The notes: generated by a model from the sequence alone, not told the origin. Counted from the stretch's first letter, positions 12,690 through 27,909 are shown. The stretch: DNA of 64,000 nucleotides from Eledone cirrhosa (GCA_964016885.1 OZ024742.1:115382001-115446000), one strand, 5' to 3'. Numbers and translations are program-made.

Positions 12690-14150
12690 GATAAGGATTT
12701 ATTTATTAGCCACTCAGCAGTCACACATTGAAAAACAATACAGACCGTAGGGACGCTACAGTATGGGCTTTGGCGCATAAATGGCCATATAACAAAGTTA
12801 AGAACATATATAAAATACATTGCGAAATATATATTTTCCAATAGCGGTGCTTCTGAGCGCCACACATGGAGAATACGTACTAAAAGCCACGATCGTTCTT
12901 ACCGCCAGGGTAAATGCCATATCCATGTCTCGCCCTCCAAGCTACCGGCTCATACGCAGAGAAGGTCCGGGCACTCTGGACATACTCGTCTCACTCACCC
13001 ATATTTCAACAAACTACTTAGAAAAAAACATTTCTCTCATCAACTTGATTTTCCTCTTCAAGTGAAGCCTCTAAGAGTTATCCAGGTCTTCTGCGTAGAG
13101 GAAACTGTTTCTTTTCAACGATTTCAAACGTTCACACAAAATGACCTCTTTTGCAATTGCCACCAGGCAGATAAAATCTGCCTGCTCTTCTCGGCTAATG
13201 GAAGGCAGCAGGTCAATTCGTTTATGGATTCAGCTGATAGCCGGATCCTTCCTACAGATGGCAGCAGGTGTTCAACAAAAAACAACAAGGCAGCAATGCT
13301 CGGGCATTCGACGTCTGCATGAAGGATGAATGTGTTGCCATGCACGCGTCTCGGACAGGCCCGGCAGACATTACCTCCATGCCTATAGAGTTGATCTCGA
13401 ATTGGCAAGGCTCCTCAATATCACTTCCAGGCCAGAGGTATCTGGAAAATTGGTTAGTTTCTTATTGTCGATGCGCAGATTCTCCTAAAATATACTGTCT
13501 CCTAAAATATACTTCTTCCATATTCTAATGCTTTATAGAATGCCGTCAACAAGCGCTTTTGCTCGTTTCTCACTTGACCTAGCCAAAGGGTAACCACACT
13601 TATTCACTCTCAGAGAAGTGTTGGATATGTTGTATCTTCAGCGCATTTTTATTCGTGATCAGTCACGGCTAGCCCAGTCCTCCACACAACGTGTGTTGAG
13701 AGGAAATGGACCGCCTAACAAGTGGTACCAATTTAAGCAGGACAGGGCACAACTGTTATGATATGTAGATAACGGATGTATATACGTATGCACCACATCT
13801 ACGCGACTTTCATGGATACACTCCTCTCAGGTCATTTCTGTTTGACAGAGGCCACCTTACCTTTTACTTCATCTCAGTGTGTGTCCATCTGGAGCTCCAG
13901 ATGAAACCAGACAACTAGCAATATTACCGATTCCCCCGTGCTATGCTGACGACGCTGTTGGTGGCATTGACCTGCTTCTCAAAGTGCCGAGCTGCAGTTT
14001 CACCTATCATTCCTTGCTAATTTCTGCTTGCATTACTTCAGCATAGGGCCTCGGCTTCTTTTCAAATCCCATAACATCGACAGCAATCATCTTTCATCAC
14101 TGCGTTCTGTCACATTTTCTTATGTTTCGGTATTAATGTAGAATTTTTTC
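12690..14150 (-). mobile_element. L1/Tx1-clade LINE, decayed 3' portion
   Basis: PIRDQLYRHGGNVCRACPR...LH...ECPSIA (zf-RVT-like). Related to 17460-18690. Confidence 0.8.
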
Positions 14151-14425
14151 AAAGATACTTAAAGCGCTTGTATAACATGCACTGCCAGCAATTACCTTGC
14201 ACAGTTTTCCATGCAATACTTTTTTGGGGATCTACACTCTTCTAGGCGTAGTATGTAACATGAGAAGAGAAATACACCTTTGCAGATACATGAATAAATC
14301 ATCCATCCGTCCAAGCATCAATAGATACATTCATAAATACATACATACATACATACTTACATACACACTTACACACACGCACATACACACACACACATAC
14401 ACACACACCAACACAACCACACACG

Positions 14426-14509
<84 letters not shown>

Positions 14510-15386
14510 CACATACATATGGTGTCATACAATATTTTACAAGCTTATTCATATACCAATGTTCTCGCATATATGTACATGCCAATGCACGCATATACAC
14601 GCAAACAGAAAACAGAAATGCACTAGCATTTGTCAAAAATCTTGTAGAAAATGTATTTTTAGTCACCAGGTGGTGTTTGGCTGATGCAGAAAGAAACATG
14701 TTATTCACAAAAATATTTCACTTGCTGTTGTTATTAGCGATACAGTAAAGTTACTCATTGTTATTCATGTCTGATTTTGTTATGTTAATAACCTTGGTGT
14801 GTTTGTTTCTCTTTATGTTTTATTTTTGCAATTTAATTTGCAGTTATTAATTTGGCTACAGGTGTGACATTTTTAATGGCCATTATACACATATACTTAC
14901 TAATTTGTTACTGTTTCTACGTTTTTTACTTGTTGTTGACCATGTTATATTACAATGATGGGGTATTAGTGGTCGCATTAGTTGTAGCTTTCGTGGTGGT
15001 GTGTAGGTAACTCTGGTGTGGATGTGGAGGGAGTGCTTCTGCTCCTGGTTGATGTTTGCAGAGTTGATGGTGGCATTTTTATTAGTATGGATACTGCTTG
15101 TGGTGGTGTCGGTAGTATTAGTTGTGTAGATGAATTTGCGTAAATAATCGTGGCATTGTAAGGTTTATTGATTAGAGTGTATATGTATATATATATATAC
15201 GGCCGTCTGTGAGAGTGAGTATATACATATCGGTGCAAATGCTGGTGGAGTTGTAGGTTGGTATGACGGGTGGGAGTGCAAAAGCTGATTGAGATTAGAA
15301 GACTGGCCGTCCGTATGTTTGTGTGAGTTTGTGTTAATCGTCAGAGGTAGTGTGAGTGAACACAGTTCGTTGTATCAGCCGTATAT

Positions 15387-15487
<101 letters not shown>

Positions 15488-15493
15488 GATATA

Positions 15494-15556
<63 letters not shown>

Positions 15557-16012
15557 ATGTGTGTGTGTGTATGTGTGTGTGTGCGTGCGTGTTTGTATGT
15601 GTATGTCAAGATGGGAATGTTGCTGTTGAATACAAGTTATATTTAAAGTTGTTGAAATAAACAGTTTAAGAGAATCCCTGGAGGTGCTCTGTCCAAATAG
15701 CACAACTATTATTTTCATGTATTACTAAAAATAACCATCTTTGTTTTATATATTCTAATTCTCTAAAGAACTGCACATCAATAACATTATTTTAAAAACC
15801 AATTAGACAAATTAAACAAATTACATAGACTCTAAGAGAAACAAAAGTTATCATTTAGCACTAAAAATACTTTGGTTTCAATGGTGGCGGTGGTGCATAT
15901 GGTGGATGTGAGAAACATTATGTTTTGTGGCTGGGGGTGTCGATATTACTTGTGTCGGTGTTTACATGCTTATACATTTAGAAATACACACATACAAGAA
16001 TATATATGTATG

Positions 16013-17004
<992 letters not shown>

Positions 17005-17368
17005 TATATATATATATATATAACATATTATAGACGTTAATACACACCTCAATACGTGTGTGTGTATATGCATGTGCCTATCTGTTTCTGGGTCTATATT
17101 TTTTTGTGCGAATGTATAATGTAAGTTCGTAGATGTTGATGAGTGCTCCAATGTTTCGAATAAAGGACCAGCATACTCATTAAGTGTGCATTTTACCCAA
17201 AAATATGCTTTCAACAAAGGCCTCTTTGAGATATACCAAGATGCAATTTGTGGCATAACTGGCTCTTTGAAATAGAGGAACACTTTATATATTACATGAC
17301 AAGTTAAATGTAACTCACGACCATACACTCATATGCCATACATCCAAATCAGTAAAATACGGGCCTTG

Positions 17369-17426
<58 letters not shown>

Positions 17427-17435
<9 letters not shown>

Positions 17436-18690
17436 ATAATAATGATAATAATAATAATAATCATAATGTTTTCTTTATTAACCACAAGGGTCTACATAAA
17501 GTAGACGTTGAAGGAGAGTACAGGACAATACAGGGCGGTACAAATGGGCATTTCCGCGTGTAAAAAACAAGAAACAGAGGATGTAATAATAGAAAATTGA
17601 AAAAATCACCAATAGGGGGAGACTTCCGAGCGACATTCGTAGAGAAAGCCCATTAAAAAGCCACAGTGACCCTGACCAACAGTGCAAGTGCCCTCTCCCA
17701 GTTTTCCACCTTTAATTTAAAGACACATACTCAAAGTAGGCCCATTCACTCGGGCCATACTTGCTTCTCTCACCCATCTTTCAACAAAATGCTGGAAAGA
17801 GAGCACTTCTCTCTCTACCCTGATTTTCCTTTTCAAATGAAATTTGAAAAAGTTAATCAGGGCATCAGCGAAGAGGGAAGTGCTCGTCTTCAGCCCTTTC
17901 AAACGTGTCCACCATATTATCTCTTTCGCCATGGCCACCAGACAGATAAAAACTGCCTGCCCTTCCCGGCTAAAGGAAGAGGGTGGGACAATCCTCACAA
18001 TGCCTCAGCTGATAGCTGGATCCGTCCTACACGTGACAGCAGGTGTTCGATATAAACCCACAAGTCAGCAATGCTCGGACACTGGACGAGTGCGTGCAGG
18101 ACGGTTTCGTCACCCTGCGCGCATCTTGGACATGCCCGACTAACGGCACCTCCATGCCTGTAGAGTTTATCCCGAACTGGCAAAGCTCCTCGGTAGCACT
18201 GCCAGACCAGGGATTCTGGAAGTTGTCCATTGGCCCTGGCCCGAAAGTCCTTCCGAAGAGATTGGCTAGTTGATTTTCGTCGACACCTCAAGTTTCTCCA
18301 AGTACCTCGTCGCTCTTCCCCTCCACTAATTCTCTATAGAACGCCAAGGTGGAGTTTCCACCGATCACATTCCCCGATTGGTCGAGGGCTGTGAGCGCCT
18401 GAAGACATTCCAGTCTCCAAGCGCTCCCTCTCGGTCTTCGCTTGACCCAGGACTGCAGCTCCGAGCTGGGGAAAGACGTGTCTAACAAACGGCGACCACA
18501 CCTGCTCACAGTCGAGGAAGAGGTAGAGATGTCGTAGCCTGAGCGCGTGTCTGCGCATCATAGGCCACGGCATGCCCAGCCCTCCACGTAGCGTGTGTTG
18601 ACAGCATATGGACCGGCTGACCATCGGAGCGCGTCCCTTCCACAAAAAGCGAAAGAGCAAATGCACCAGCTTTGCAGATTGGGAACTGCC
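17427..18690 (-). mobile_element. L1/Tx1-clade LINE 3' portion with (ATT)n-like tail
   Basis: FRFLWKGRAPMVSRSICCQHTLRGGLGMP and WQCYRGALPVRDKLYRHG...CPRCAQGDETVLHALVQC. Frameshifted. Confidence 0.9.
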
Positions 18691-18703
18691 ATGAAGTCAA
18701 AGT

Positions 18704-19052
18704 GAAATCCCCAGGAAAAGACAAAATACCAAATTTGTGGATAAATGCCTTCACAGAGTCTCATGAGCTGTTAGCTCAACTTTAGAATGAAATAGTTAAG
18801 GAGCCAGAAAATATACCATCATGGCTAGTTAACGGCATTACATTCCTGCTTCCGAAGAATGATGAGACAAACAATCCCAAAACTTACAGACCGATAACTT
18901 GCTTGACCACAATGTATAACATTTTAACATCAGTCCTAACTGAATATACATATGACCACCTGATAACAGATGACCTATTTCCCAATGAGCAGAAAGGGTG
19001 TAAACGAGGCTCATATGGGTGTAAGGATCTGCTTTTGGTTAACAAAATGATA
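18704..19052 (+). repeat. Near-identical duplicate of 20093-20441 (Dong/R4 RT segment)
   Basis: About 349 bp, differing at only a couple of positions by eye, and sharing the same in-frame TAG. Confidence 0.92.
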
Positions 19053-19297
19053 GTGTCATAGGCGCACTAGGTACTATCTCAAAAAGTTTCCAGGGATGGT
19101 TAAAGAAAATTGGTCCCGCCACGCTTTTTGAAACGCTTCAAAAGGCATGCTTGCTGGGAACAGCAAGAACCCTCTGATACGTCCTGAATAACTGAGGCTG
19201 CCGGAACTGGCTTGATATTCATTTCAACAAACTTTCCAGTTAACTAAAATCAATGACTGAGACTCAAAGAACAATAATAACAATAATAATAATAATA
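19053..19297 (+). mobile_element. 3' end of a second Dong/R4-family element with (TAA)n tail
   Basis: VIGALGTISKSFQGWLKKIG...LQKACLLGTARTL*YVLNN*, a short UTR, then (TAA)n. Confidence 0.85.
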
Positions 19298-22200
19298 GTA
19301 AGTTACTAACTGATATAGAAATTGATCAGATCAATCTATTAGCGCAAAGTCAGCTAGGGCATAATGAAACATGTGTCAGTGAAAACGAGGTAAATTGTAA
19401 CACTTTGAATCCCAGGGTTGGGGCAGAATCACTGACAACAGAACAAATTAAAGAAAGGTTGGAAAAAGTGGAGGGAGTGCATGCTCAAGATGAAACTCAC
19501 AATGAAAACAATGAGATCGTAAATGATGAAGAAATGAATATGAATGAACTTGCCAACTTGAAGGATGAAATTATGATCGAATGGATGAAAATGAAAGAAT
19601 CTGACATGGGGGAACGAGACATCCTCCGAAATAAACCTTCTCCGATCTGACATAGAAATTTTAACAAACTATGAATTAGGTGAACATGTTAAACAAACTA
19701 AACTTAGAAAATTGAAAAGAAAATGCAGTATATAATCAACAAGTGACATAGACATGCTGATAGAAATAATCAAGCAAAAAGTGTCGGCCAAAGCTGCTCG
19801 TATAAGGCACTTAAAAAACGATCTAGATCCTATAAGGACAATAATATGTTCAAAAACAACAAAGAAACATCTACAGAAAAATTGGTAAGTCAACAATAAC
19901 TGTTAAATCAATACCACCCAAGAAGGAAGAGCAAGAATTGTGGGAAAATATCTGGGCCAAAGAAAAAGTTCATAATAGACATGCCTCATGGGCCGACAGA
20001 CAAATGAATGGTACTGCTCACTTTTAGGAAAAAACATGGGAAAATATAACAGTTGAACAGTTGCGTTTGGCTCTTAGAAAAACCAGCAAATGGAAATCCC
20101 CAGGAAAAGACAAAATACCAAATTTGTGGATAAATGCCTTCACAGAGTCTCATGAGCTGTTAGCTCAACTTTAGAATGAAATAGTTAAGGAGCCAGAAAA
20201 GATACCATCATGGCTAGTTAACGGCATTACATTCCTGCTTCCGAAGAATGATGAGACAAACAATCCCAAAACTTACAGACCGATAACTTGCTTGACCACA
20301 ATGTATAACATTTTAACATCAGTCCTAACTGAATATACATATGACCACCTGATAACAGATGACCTATTTCCCAATGAGCAGAAAGGGTGTAAACGAGGCT
20401 CATATGGGTGTAAGGATCTGCTTTTGGTTAACAACATGATACTGGAAGATTGTCATAATAGACACAAAAATCGATCAAATGCTTTGATAGATTATAAAAA
20501 AGCGTTCGATAGTTTGCCACACAGTTGGATTGAAAAATGTTTAGAGGTTTTCAAAAGATCTCCCGTCGTCAGGAGGTACTTGTCATTCAGTATGAAGACA
20601 TGGAAAACGGCACTCCTTTTGAATAGTGAAACAAAATCACTGGAAGCTGGAGAAGTTAATATTAATTGTGGAATTTTTCAGAGTGACTCTTTATCACCGC
20701 TTTTATTCTGCATCGCACTTATACCATTAAGTAAAATGCTCAATGAAACAATACATGGATATAAGGTCTATGACAAAACCATTAATCACTTGTTCTACAT
20801 GGATGACCTGAAACTATTTCTAAAAAATGATGGACTATTGCAAGGGCTATTATCCATTGTGGTGCAGTTTAGTGATGACATTAAAATGGAGTTTGGAGTA
20901 GAAAAATTCCCCAAAGCAACGTTCACCAGAGGAAAGTTGCTGAAAAGTTCAGACATTTATCTTGACCGGGGGAATGTGATAAGAGTACTTGATCAAGAGG
21001 AAACTTACAAAGATCTAGGTGTTTGTGAAGGAGACGGAATCAATGAGGGAAAGGATAAGGAAGGAATGTTACCGCAGAGTAAGAGCAATCTTAAGCACGG
21101 AATTGAATGCAAGGAATAGGATCGATGCCATAAACACGCTTACCATACCAGTAGTAACCTACAGTTACAAAGTCATCAACTAGTCAAGCACAGAGATCCG
21201 TTGAAAACTGCAACAATTGGATTATCTACATATCTAAGAGAATCACATGATTGGATGATCAAACTCGTTTTGAAACACGAAAGCATCAAAAGATCATACT
21301 CCATTACAAAAGATGCACAAAGATACAGTAATGGACTCCAAATTTCAGAAGTCCCATTTACTGCTGAAATGGAAGACACAGAAAAAGCACAGCAGGTAAA
21401 AGTAACTGCAAATAAATAACTGCTACTGAAACTGGCTAAGAAATGGCAAGAAATACCTCTGTATGGAAAATACCCAGAGCGAGCTAACAATCCTGATGTT
21501 GACAACACTTTAACCCAGTAGTGGTTGGCATCCGCTGGACTGAAATCGGAGACTGAAGGACTGATTATATCAGCACAAGATCAGTGTCTGCCAACAATAA
21601 ATTACCAAGCCAACATAATAACAGAAGGATGCAGCCCATTATGACGTGAATGTAAAAAACAACCAGAGACCATTGATCATATAATTTCAATGTGCAGTCC
21701 TATAGCTCAAGCCGAATACCTAAACAGGCAAGACAGAGCTGCACAATAGATACATTGGATAATGTGTAAGCAGTTTGGCCTGTCCCATCAAAATAATTGG
21801 TGGGAGCGTCAACCACCTCCCATACTTAAAAAGATCACATCTCAACCTTGTGGAAATTTAGCATCCAAACAGACGGAAAATAGATGCAAATATATCTGAT
21901 ATAATACTGAAGGACTTTAAAAAGAGCGTATGCCTGCTAATTGATATGTCCGTTCCAATAGACAAGAATGTATCTATAAAAACATTTTAAAAAATGAGCA
22001 AGTATAATGACCTGGAGATAGAAATTGGAAAAAAATGTGGAAATTGAGAACCAAAACAATACCAGTGGATGTAGGCGCTCTAGCAATGATACCTAAGGGG
22101 TCTAATGAATACTTATCGCAAATCCCAGGAAACACGCGTATAGGAGAAATACAAAAGATAGTAGTAATGGGAACTGCCCATATACTAAGGTAGATTATGT

Positions 22201-22382
22201 CAAGATAATTACATCACAAGTCTAAACACCTAACAATGCATGTGTGTGTATGTATGTTCTTTCTTGAACATGGCGGACCTTGTTGTCTCTTGAGGTCACT
22301 GGTTGTGACTTGGTGATAACTCGTATGAACAAGAAGCAAGATAAATGCAGCTGTAATAATAATAATAATAATAGTAATATTA
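19298..22382 (+). mobile_element. Dong/R4-clade non-LTR retrotransposon (RT, CCHC, restriction-like endonuclease), pseudogenised
   Basis: ORF 20292-21119 has YKKAFDS, GIFQSDSLSPLLF and HLFYMDDLKL. Later frames give SAGLKSETEGLIISAQDQ, ETIDHIISMC, LIDMSVP and GTAHILR. (TAA)n tail at 22354-22382. Confidence 0.92.
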
Positions 22383-22469
22383 GAGGATCCCGTTAAAGGT
22401 GAAACAGCGAATCTTTGCTTAAACTTTAATCTGTTATTTTAATTAATAAATAAACAAATATATATATGA

Positions 22470-23175
22470 AAAGTAAGTATGTTTTGAAACAGTGAGCATG
22501 TTTGAAACTAGAAAATAGAACAGCTTTCACCGTATGTTTACTAAATACATTTTAGACTGATAATGGGGTTTAGAACCCTCAGATAAATGGAAAACGATGA
22601 GTATTGACGTACATGGGAGTCGAACCCCCATATTTCGTCATCCAGACCACCTTGCTACCCTTACACCAACACATCACCCATCTCCTTCCATTGAAATTAG
22701 AAGCTACATTCTTAGCGAGTATAAATGACAAGTAAGTATGTTTTGAAACAGTGAGCAGGTTTGAAATTAGAAAATCGAACAGCTTTCACCGTATTTTTTA
22801 CTAAATAAAGTTTAGCCTGCTTATGGGGTTTAGAACCCTCAGATAAATGGAAAAAAGATGGAGTATTGACGTACATGGGAGTCGAACCCACATCATTGGT
22901 TATCCAGACCACTGTGCTACCATTACAGCAATTTCAAACATGCTCACTGTTTCAAAACATACTTACGTGTCATTTATACACGCTAAGAATGTAGCTTCTA
23001 ATTTCAATGGAAGGAGATGGGTGATGTGTTGGTGTAATGGTAGCACAGTGGTCTGGATAACCAAAGATGTGGGTTCGACTCCCATGTACGTCAATACTCA
23101 TCTTTTTCCATTTATCTGAGGGTTATAAACTCCATTATCAGGCTAAAATTTCTTTAGTCAAAAATACGGTGAAAA
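22470..23175. repeat. About 260-bp unit repeated tandemly (22470-22729, partial 22730-22929) then inverted (22930-23175); each unit carries a tRNA-like sequence
   Basis: Direct comparison of the units. Flanked by short (TA)n tracts. Confidence 0.9.
23023..23093 (+). tRNA. tRNA-like gene or pseudogene, anticodon GGA, short variable loop
   Basis: Acceptor GATGTGT/GTACGTC, D arm GTGTAATGGTAGCAC, anticodon arm TGGT-CTGGATA-ACCA, T arm GTGGG-TTCGACT-CCCAT, and a T5 run at 23103-23107. Confidence 0.6.
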
Positions 23176-23249
23176 AAAAAATATATATATATGTATATAT
23201 GTATATATATATATATATAAGATCAAAAGATAGTTAAAAGAGTTCCATG

Positions 23250-23319
23250 TATTTTATTATGCGCATTTCAAAAAAAATATCATCATGCACTAACATTTGC
23301 GTTTTCGTCAGATAAAATA
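23250..23319 (-). ncRNA. Type-I hammerhead ribozyme
   Basis: Reverse complement: UAUUUUAU CUGACGA [stem II region] GAAA UGCGCA UA AUAAAAUA. 8-bp stem I, palindromic stem III, weak stem II. Confidence 0.75.
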
Positions 23320-23526
23320 AGGAGACATGATACGAAGGTTAAAACACACTTGTGAATAGTGCAGTTTTGAATCAACATATGAAAAGTAGTTTTAAATTGA
23401 TGTGTGATATTGGGAAAAAAATGGAGGGGGTGGGGGTGGAAAGGATGAAAAGGAGGAGGAGATGAGAGTAAAAAGTGGAGGGGAGGAGTATAATGCGGAA
23501 GGATGAGATAGGAGGAGAGATGGGTG

Positions 23527-23572
<46 letters not shown>

Positions 23573-25418
23573 CTTTTAAAACTGAGAAAAATATATTGTT
23601 TTACATAGAGAGGTTAAAAAAAACCGTTGGAAGATAATATATAAATTAAAAGAATTTGAAATTTAACGAAGGAAAAATTTTAGAATAATGTTAAATTAAG
23701 GTTTAATATTGAAGGGTTTAATAATATGTGCGATAAAAGAAATTGTTAATATGTATTAAGAATAATATTTAAGGGCTTAATAATATGTGCGATGGAAAGA
23801 AATTGTTGATATGTATTATTAAAAAATATAAAAATTTAACAGTAGTATTGTAATTAAGGATATATTGTGAAAAGAAGTAGAAGACTGGATGAATAAGTGT
23901 AATATGTATGAGTTAGATGAGCATGAAAAGGAGAAACAAATAATGAATTGAGGATGAATAATCTAACGTCAAACAAATTTTTGTTTACGAAGGATTTTCT
24001 TCAAGGTGATATTATGAAGTAAGAATATATTGTACTGAGTAATAATGAGAATTGAGAAGTATCTAGGAAGAAAAGGTACATATTAGAGGTTTGAAATTAA
24101 AAGAAAAAGAAAAAAAGAAAAGAAAAAGGAAAAAATAAAGAAAGGGAAGTGATAAATAGGAGTGATATAGAATGAGTAACTAGTATTATATAATGTATAA
24201 TAAATAACATTGAAATAAGGTAGAAAAATGGGTATATTTTTAAAGAAATATATATGTATATATATATATATGTCCCTTTGCGAAAAGGATTTTAAATTGG
24301 TAAAGTATTAGATATTAGCTGTATACTTTATGGAATGTTCTGTGGAATTTATGCAAGCAGAGAGAAAACAAGTCAGTGCGTCTATTTATTATAGAATATA
24401 AATTAGATATAATGGTACACTTTTCACATAAACAGAGATTGCATGTCTTGGATAGAGAACTATTCAAGTATGTAGAAGCAGAACAATCCTTCTTCCAAGA
24501 GATGTTATAGTTAATATTTTTTGTCTTTCAATGACCATATGAGTTCTGAGAGTGCGGTGTTGGTTCTTTTAAGTTGGTATTTAAAAGACGAATGATGATT
24601 ATAAAGACGAGCTTTAAAGGAGGTGGAAGTGGAGCCAAAATAGATAAAGGAATTGGTGTCAGTTATAACTTTACATTCGTAGATTAAGTTTCTTTCAAGA
24701 CAATGGTTGTTGAGAGGACATTTATTTTTTTTTTAACAGGACAATTGCAATTGCGATTAGAGAAATTAACAGAGTTATTAACAAGTGACCTAGTGTTATC
24801 TATAGAAGGAATTGGATTGGAGAAGTTATTTACGATAGGAATAATAGTTTCTTGATCTAGAATGGGATTAAGAACATTTAACGAAGTTGCGTTTGACGTT
24901 GTATTTGGGTTTGGAGAAATTAGCCTAGAGTTGACAATGACGTCGGGAGTACTATTACTATTATTGTGATATTCAGTGTTGGAAGGCAGAGATTTAGTAT
25001 TTAGTATTTTATTGTTGTGTTTAGAGATAATGTTGGAGATGTTGGAGGAGGTCGAATAGGAACATGTTATAGTGTGTTTGTTAAATATTTTACTATAGAT
25101 ATGTGAGGGAGGGAAGCATTTATTTAAAGCACTAAGGAATAATTTAGGAATATTATTATTAATAGAGATGGAGAAAGGAGCATTATACCAGATTATGTTT
25201 TTGTATCTAGGTCTTTTATTAAAGTTATTGGAATGATCATGATTAATTATTCTACTGTAAGATCTTCTAGAATTTGTTTCTTCACTATATTTGATTTTAT
25301 CAGGATAACCGGATTTAGAAAGCGCGTTATTATAGTAATTGGCGTTAGCATCAAATATGTTTTTATTAGAAGATAGGTTAGATATTATTTTTCCAATATT
25401 ATTAACTATAGCATTATA

Positions 25419-25602
25419 TGGCCGTGGATTGGCAGTATCGGTAGAGGGTCGGGCGCCATGCTTTCCAGCATAGTTACGTCCCTTTACGATCTGAGTTCAA
25501 ATCCCGCCGAGGTTAACTTTGCCTTTCATCCTTACGGGGTCGATAAAATAAAGTACCAGTAATGAACTGGTGATTGCTGGCCTTGTGCCTAAAGTAAAAA
25601 CA
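25419..25602 (+). mobile_element. Young SINE inserted in the Naiad element, 18-bp TSD
   Basis: ATTATTAACTATAGCATT at 25398-25415 and 25603-25620. Confidence 0.95.
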
Positions 25603-25809
25603 ATTATTAACTATAGCATTCTTAATATTAGTGGGGTGGTTAGATTTAAAATTAACATAATTTAGTTTCTCATTGTTTTAGCTAATTTCTTGGATGTATC
25701 TCTTAATCTTGACACTGGCTTATATTACCCTTATCATAGAAACAATGAGAACCTAAAGTATGTTAATTTTAGATCTAACCACCCTGTATTCCATTGTAAA
25801 ATTAATATT

Positions 25810-27765
25810 CGTGTTGAGCCCATTTATAAGGGTGTGAAAATCTATAAGTTTCTCGATGTTTTCGAGCCAAAGGTTGAAGCAGTCATCTAGATATCGCTTC
25901 CAGTTCTTTTCTATGGGTAAGTGGAGAGTGTTTTCAAATGTGTTTAGTACTTAAGCGTAGAAGGTGATTTACAGGTATCCCATGACAAGGCTAGCATATG
26001 TGGGTGCCGTTGTCGTTCACATAGCGGTCCCAGATTTCTGCCTGTAGGATTTGTTTTTGAAAACGAAGTAATTGTTCTCCAAGATAAAATTGATTCCTTC
26101 TATTGCGACTCTCTTTTTGATGCGTTGTGGGAGTTCATTGGGGAAATCATCCAGCCAGAATTGGATAGCTTCTATTGCTAGGTTGTGGGGGGATGTTGGA
26201 GTATAGGTTGACTACATGGAACGTCACTAGTAGGATTTGTTCAGTAAGGGGTATAATAGGGAGGCGGTTGACCATATCTAGGTCGTCCCTTATATAGGTT
26301 TTAATGTGTTTTAGAAAGGCTTGAGAAGGGTAACAATGAAGTTGCTAAGGCGGTGGGTTTCGCAAGCGAGGCCAGCTATGATAGGTCTTAATTTGAGATC
26401 ATTGGGTGAGGGGACATTGATGACTATGTCTGTTGCATCCTTGGATGCCTTACCTATTAATTCGCTTTTATGTACTTTAAGGATACCGTAGAAAAGGCTG
26501 GACTTACTTGTGAAGTCTGCGATGAAGCTGAATTCCTTGTGAGTGAGTCCTTCTTTGTATTGGTTGACTAGAGTTTTTAGGTTTCTCATAATTTTCTGTT
26601 GATTGTAGTGTTCAGACCTTTCGTTGTATGTTTCGTTTTCCGAAGTGGAGAGCGCTAGGTCGATATATAATTATATCTCTATTAGGACTACTGCACTCCA
26701 TTTATCAGCCTATTTAATTGTAATAGTTCTGTCAGTTTTTAATCTATTTAGTTCTTCCCATTCTTTCTTGTTGAGGTTTGATTTGTGGTTTTGTCTGTGC
26801 AAGTGTTGGTAAGGCAAGTTTGTGATGTGTTCACATAATTCGTTAAGGATTTTGTTTCTACCTTTTGATGTGGTGTAGTTGCTTCTATTTCTAGCTAATG
26901 ATTCATACTCATCGTACTGGTCGAATAGTTCTTCACTGAGTCGTAACTTTCTACAAAATTGTGTGATGTCTTCCTTCATTTCATAGTAGTTAGAGAGTAG
27001 GGAGGTCGGTGTGAATTTAAGACCTTTGGAGTGTAAGTTGATAAGGTTTGGAGTTGGTTCTGCACTTGTTAGATTGATAATTTTTATTACTCTCGATTTC
27101 TCCTTCCTTCTTTGCCAACGCCTGACTGTCCATAGATCCCAAATCAAAATACGGGAATACAGAAAAGTACCGCTGAGTGTACACATTGATACCTGTGCCG
27201 TCCAACTTTAGAATCTTTCCCCTCTATAAATGTCAAGATAATGTCACCCACACCCAGAGCATCAGCAAGGAATCTCACTTTATTAACAAATACGGACCCC
27301 ATCTAAACAGTTCTCCCTAAGACGAACCCACAACATAAACATTTCCACATACATACCTACATCAACATACATCCTACATACATTTCTATCCACAGGAATC
27401 CCATACGGCAGGGCCTAATTGATTCCCTTGCAGTACGTACAATCTGGACACACTCACACACACCTTGGTGTTATGAGAATACTATACATCATTTCACCTC
27501 TTTTATTATTGAACATTCACGGGACTTCTACCGACCAATCAAAATCAGAGTGCTTATTCACGTGGCATTCAACCACCAACCAAATCAGGAACGCTCTATC
27601 TCAAAATTATTTTTGAAAAGCATTTGAAATGCGCAACCGGTAAAAAACTTAAAAGTAACTGTGAATACTAACCATTACTTATTACTAATTTATACTTATT
27701 CCTAATTAAACTACTTTTCACTGGAAAACATATGTCCCATTTTTCTTTACCTTTTTATTAATATA
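25810..27765 (-). mobile_element. Penelope-like element (Neptune-type): RT region on the minus strand (25810-27115) plus an inverted 3' end (27122-27765)
   Basis: KGLKFTPT, FYGILKVHK and LRPIIAG...THRLS. The inverted block matches 38163-38810. Confidence 0.9.
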
Positions 27766-27792
27766 TCACAACTCGTGTGTCACACTTCTATT

Positions 27793-27830
<38 letters not shown>

Positions 27831-27909
27831 TATGTATTTTTATACATATATGTATATATGTATATATATGTAATAAAAACAAAATACTATATTGTAGGGG
27901 GAAAAGGAA

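Larger units (their letters stand above)
23220..25790 (-). mobile_element. Penelope-like element (Naiad-type), 5'-truncated with a short 5' inversion
   Basis: Reverse-complement frames give CNCP...CPLNNHCLERNLIYECK, YFGSTSTSFKARL and CNLCLCEK. Long AT-rich 3' UTR with a hammerhead. 25634-25677 is inverted at 25741-25784. Confidence 0.88.

Noticed and set aside
17200-17265. Possible additional minus-strand exon
   Set aside because: Weak splice signals, a stop in one relevant frame and no supporting composition.
26710-27186. 158-aa ORF as a distinct gene
   Set aside because: It is a chimera across the Neptune inversion junction at about 27120.
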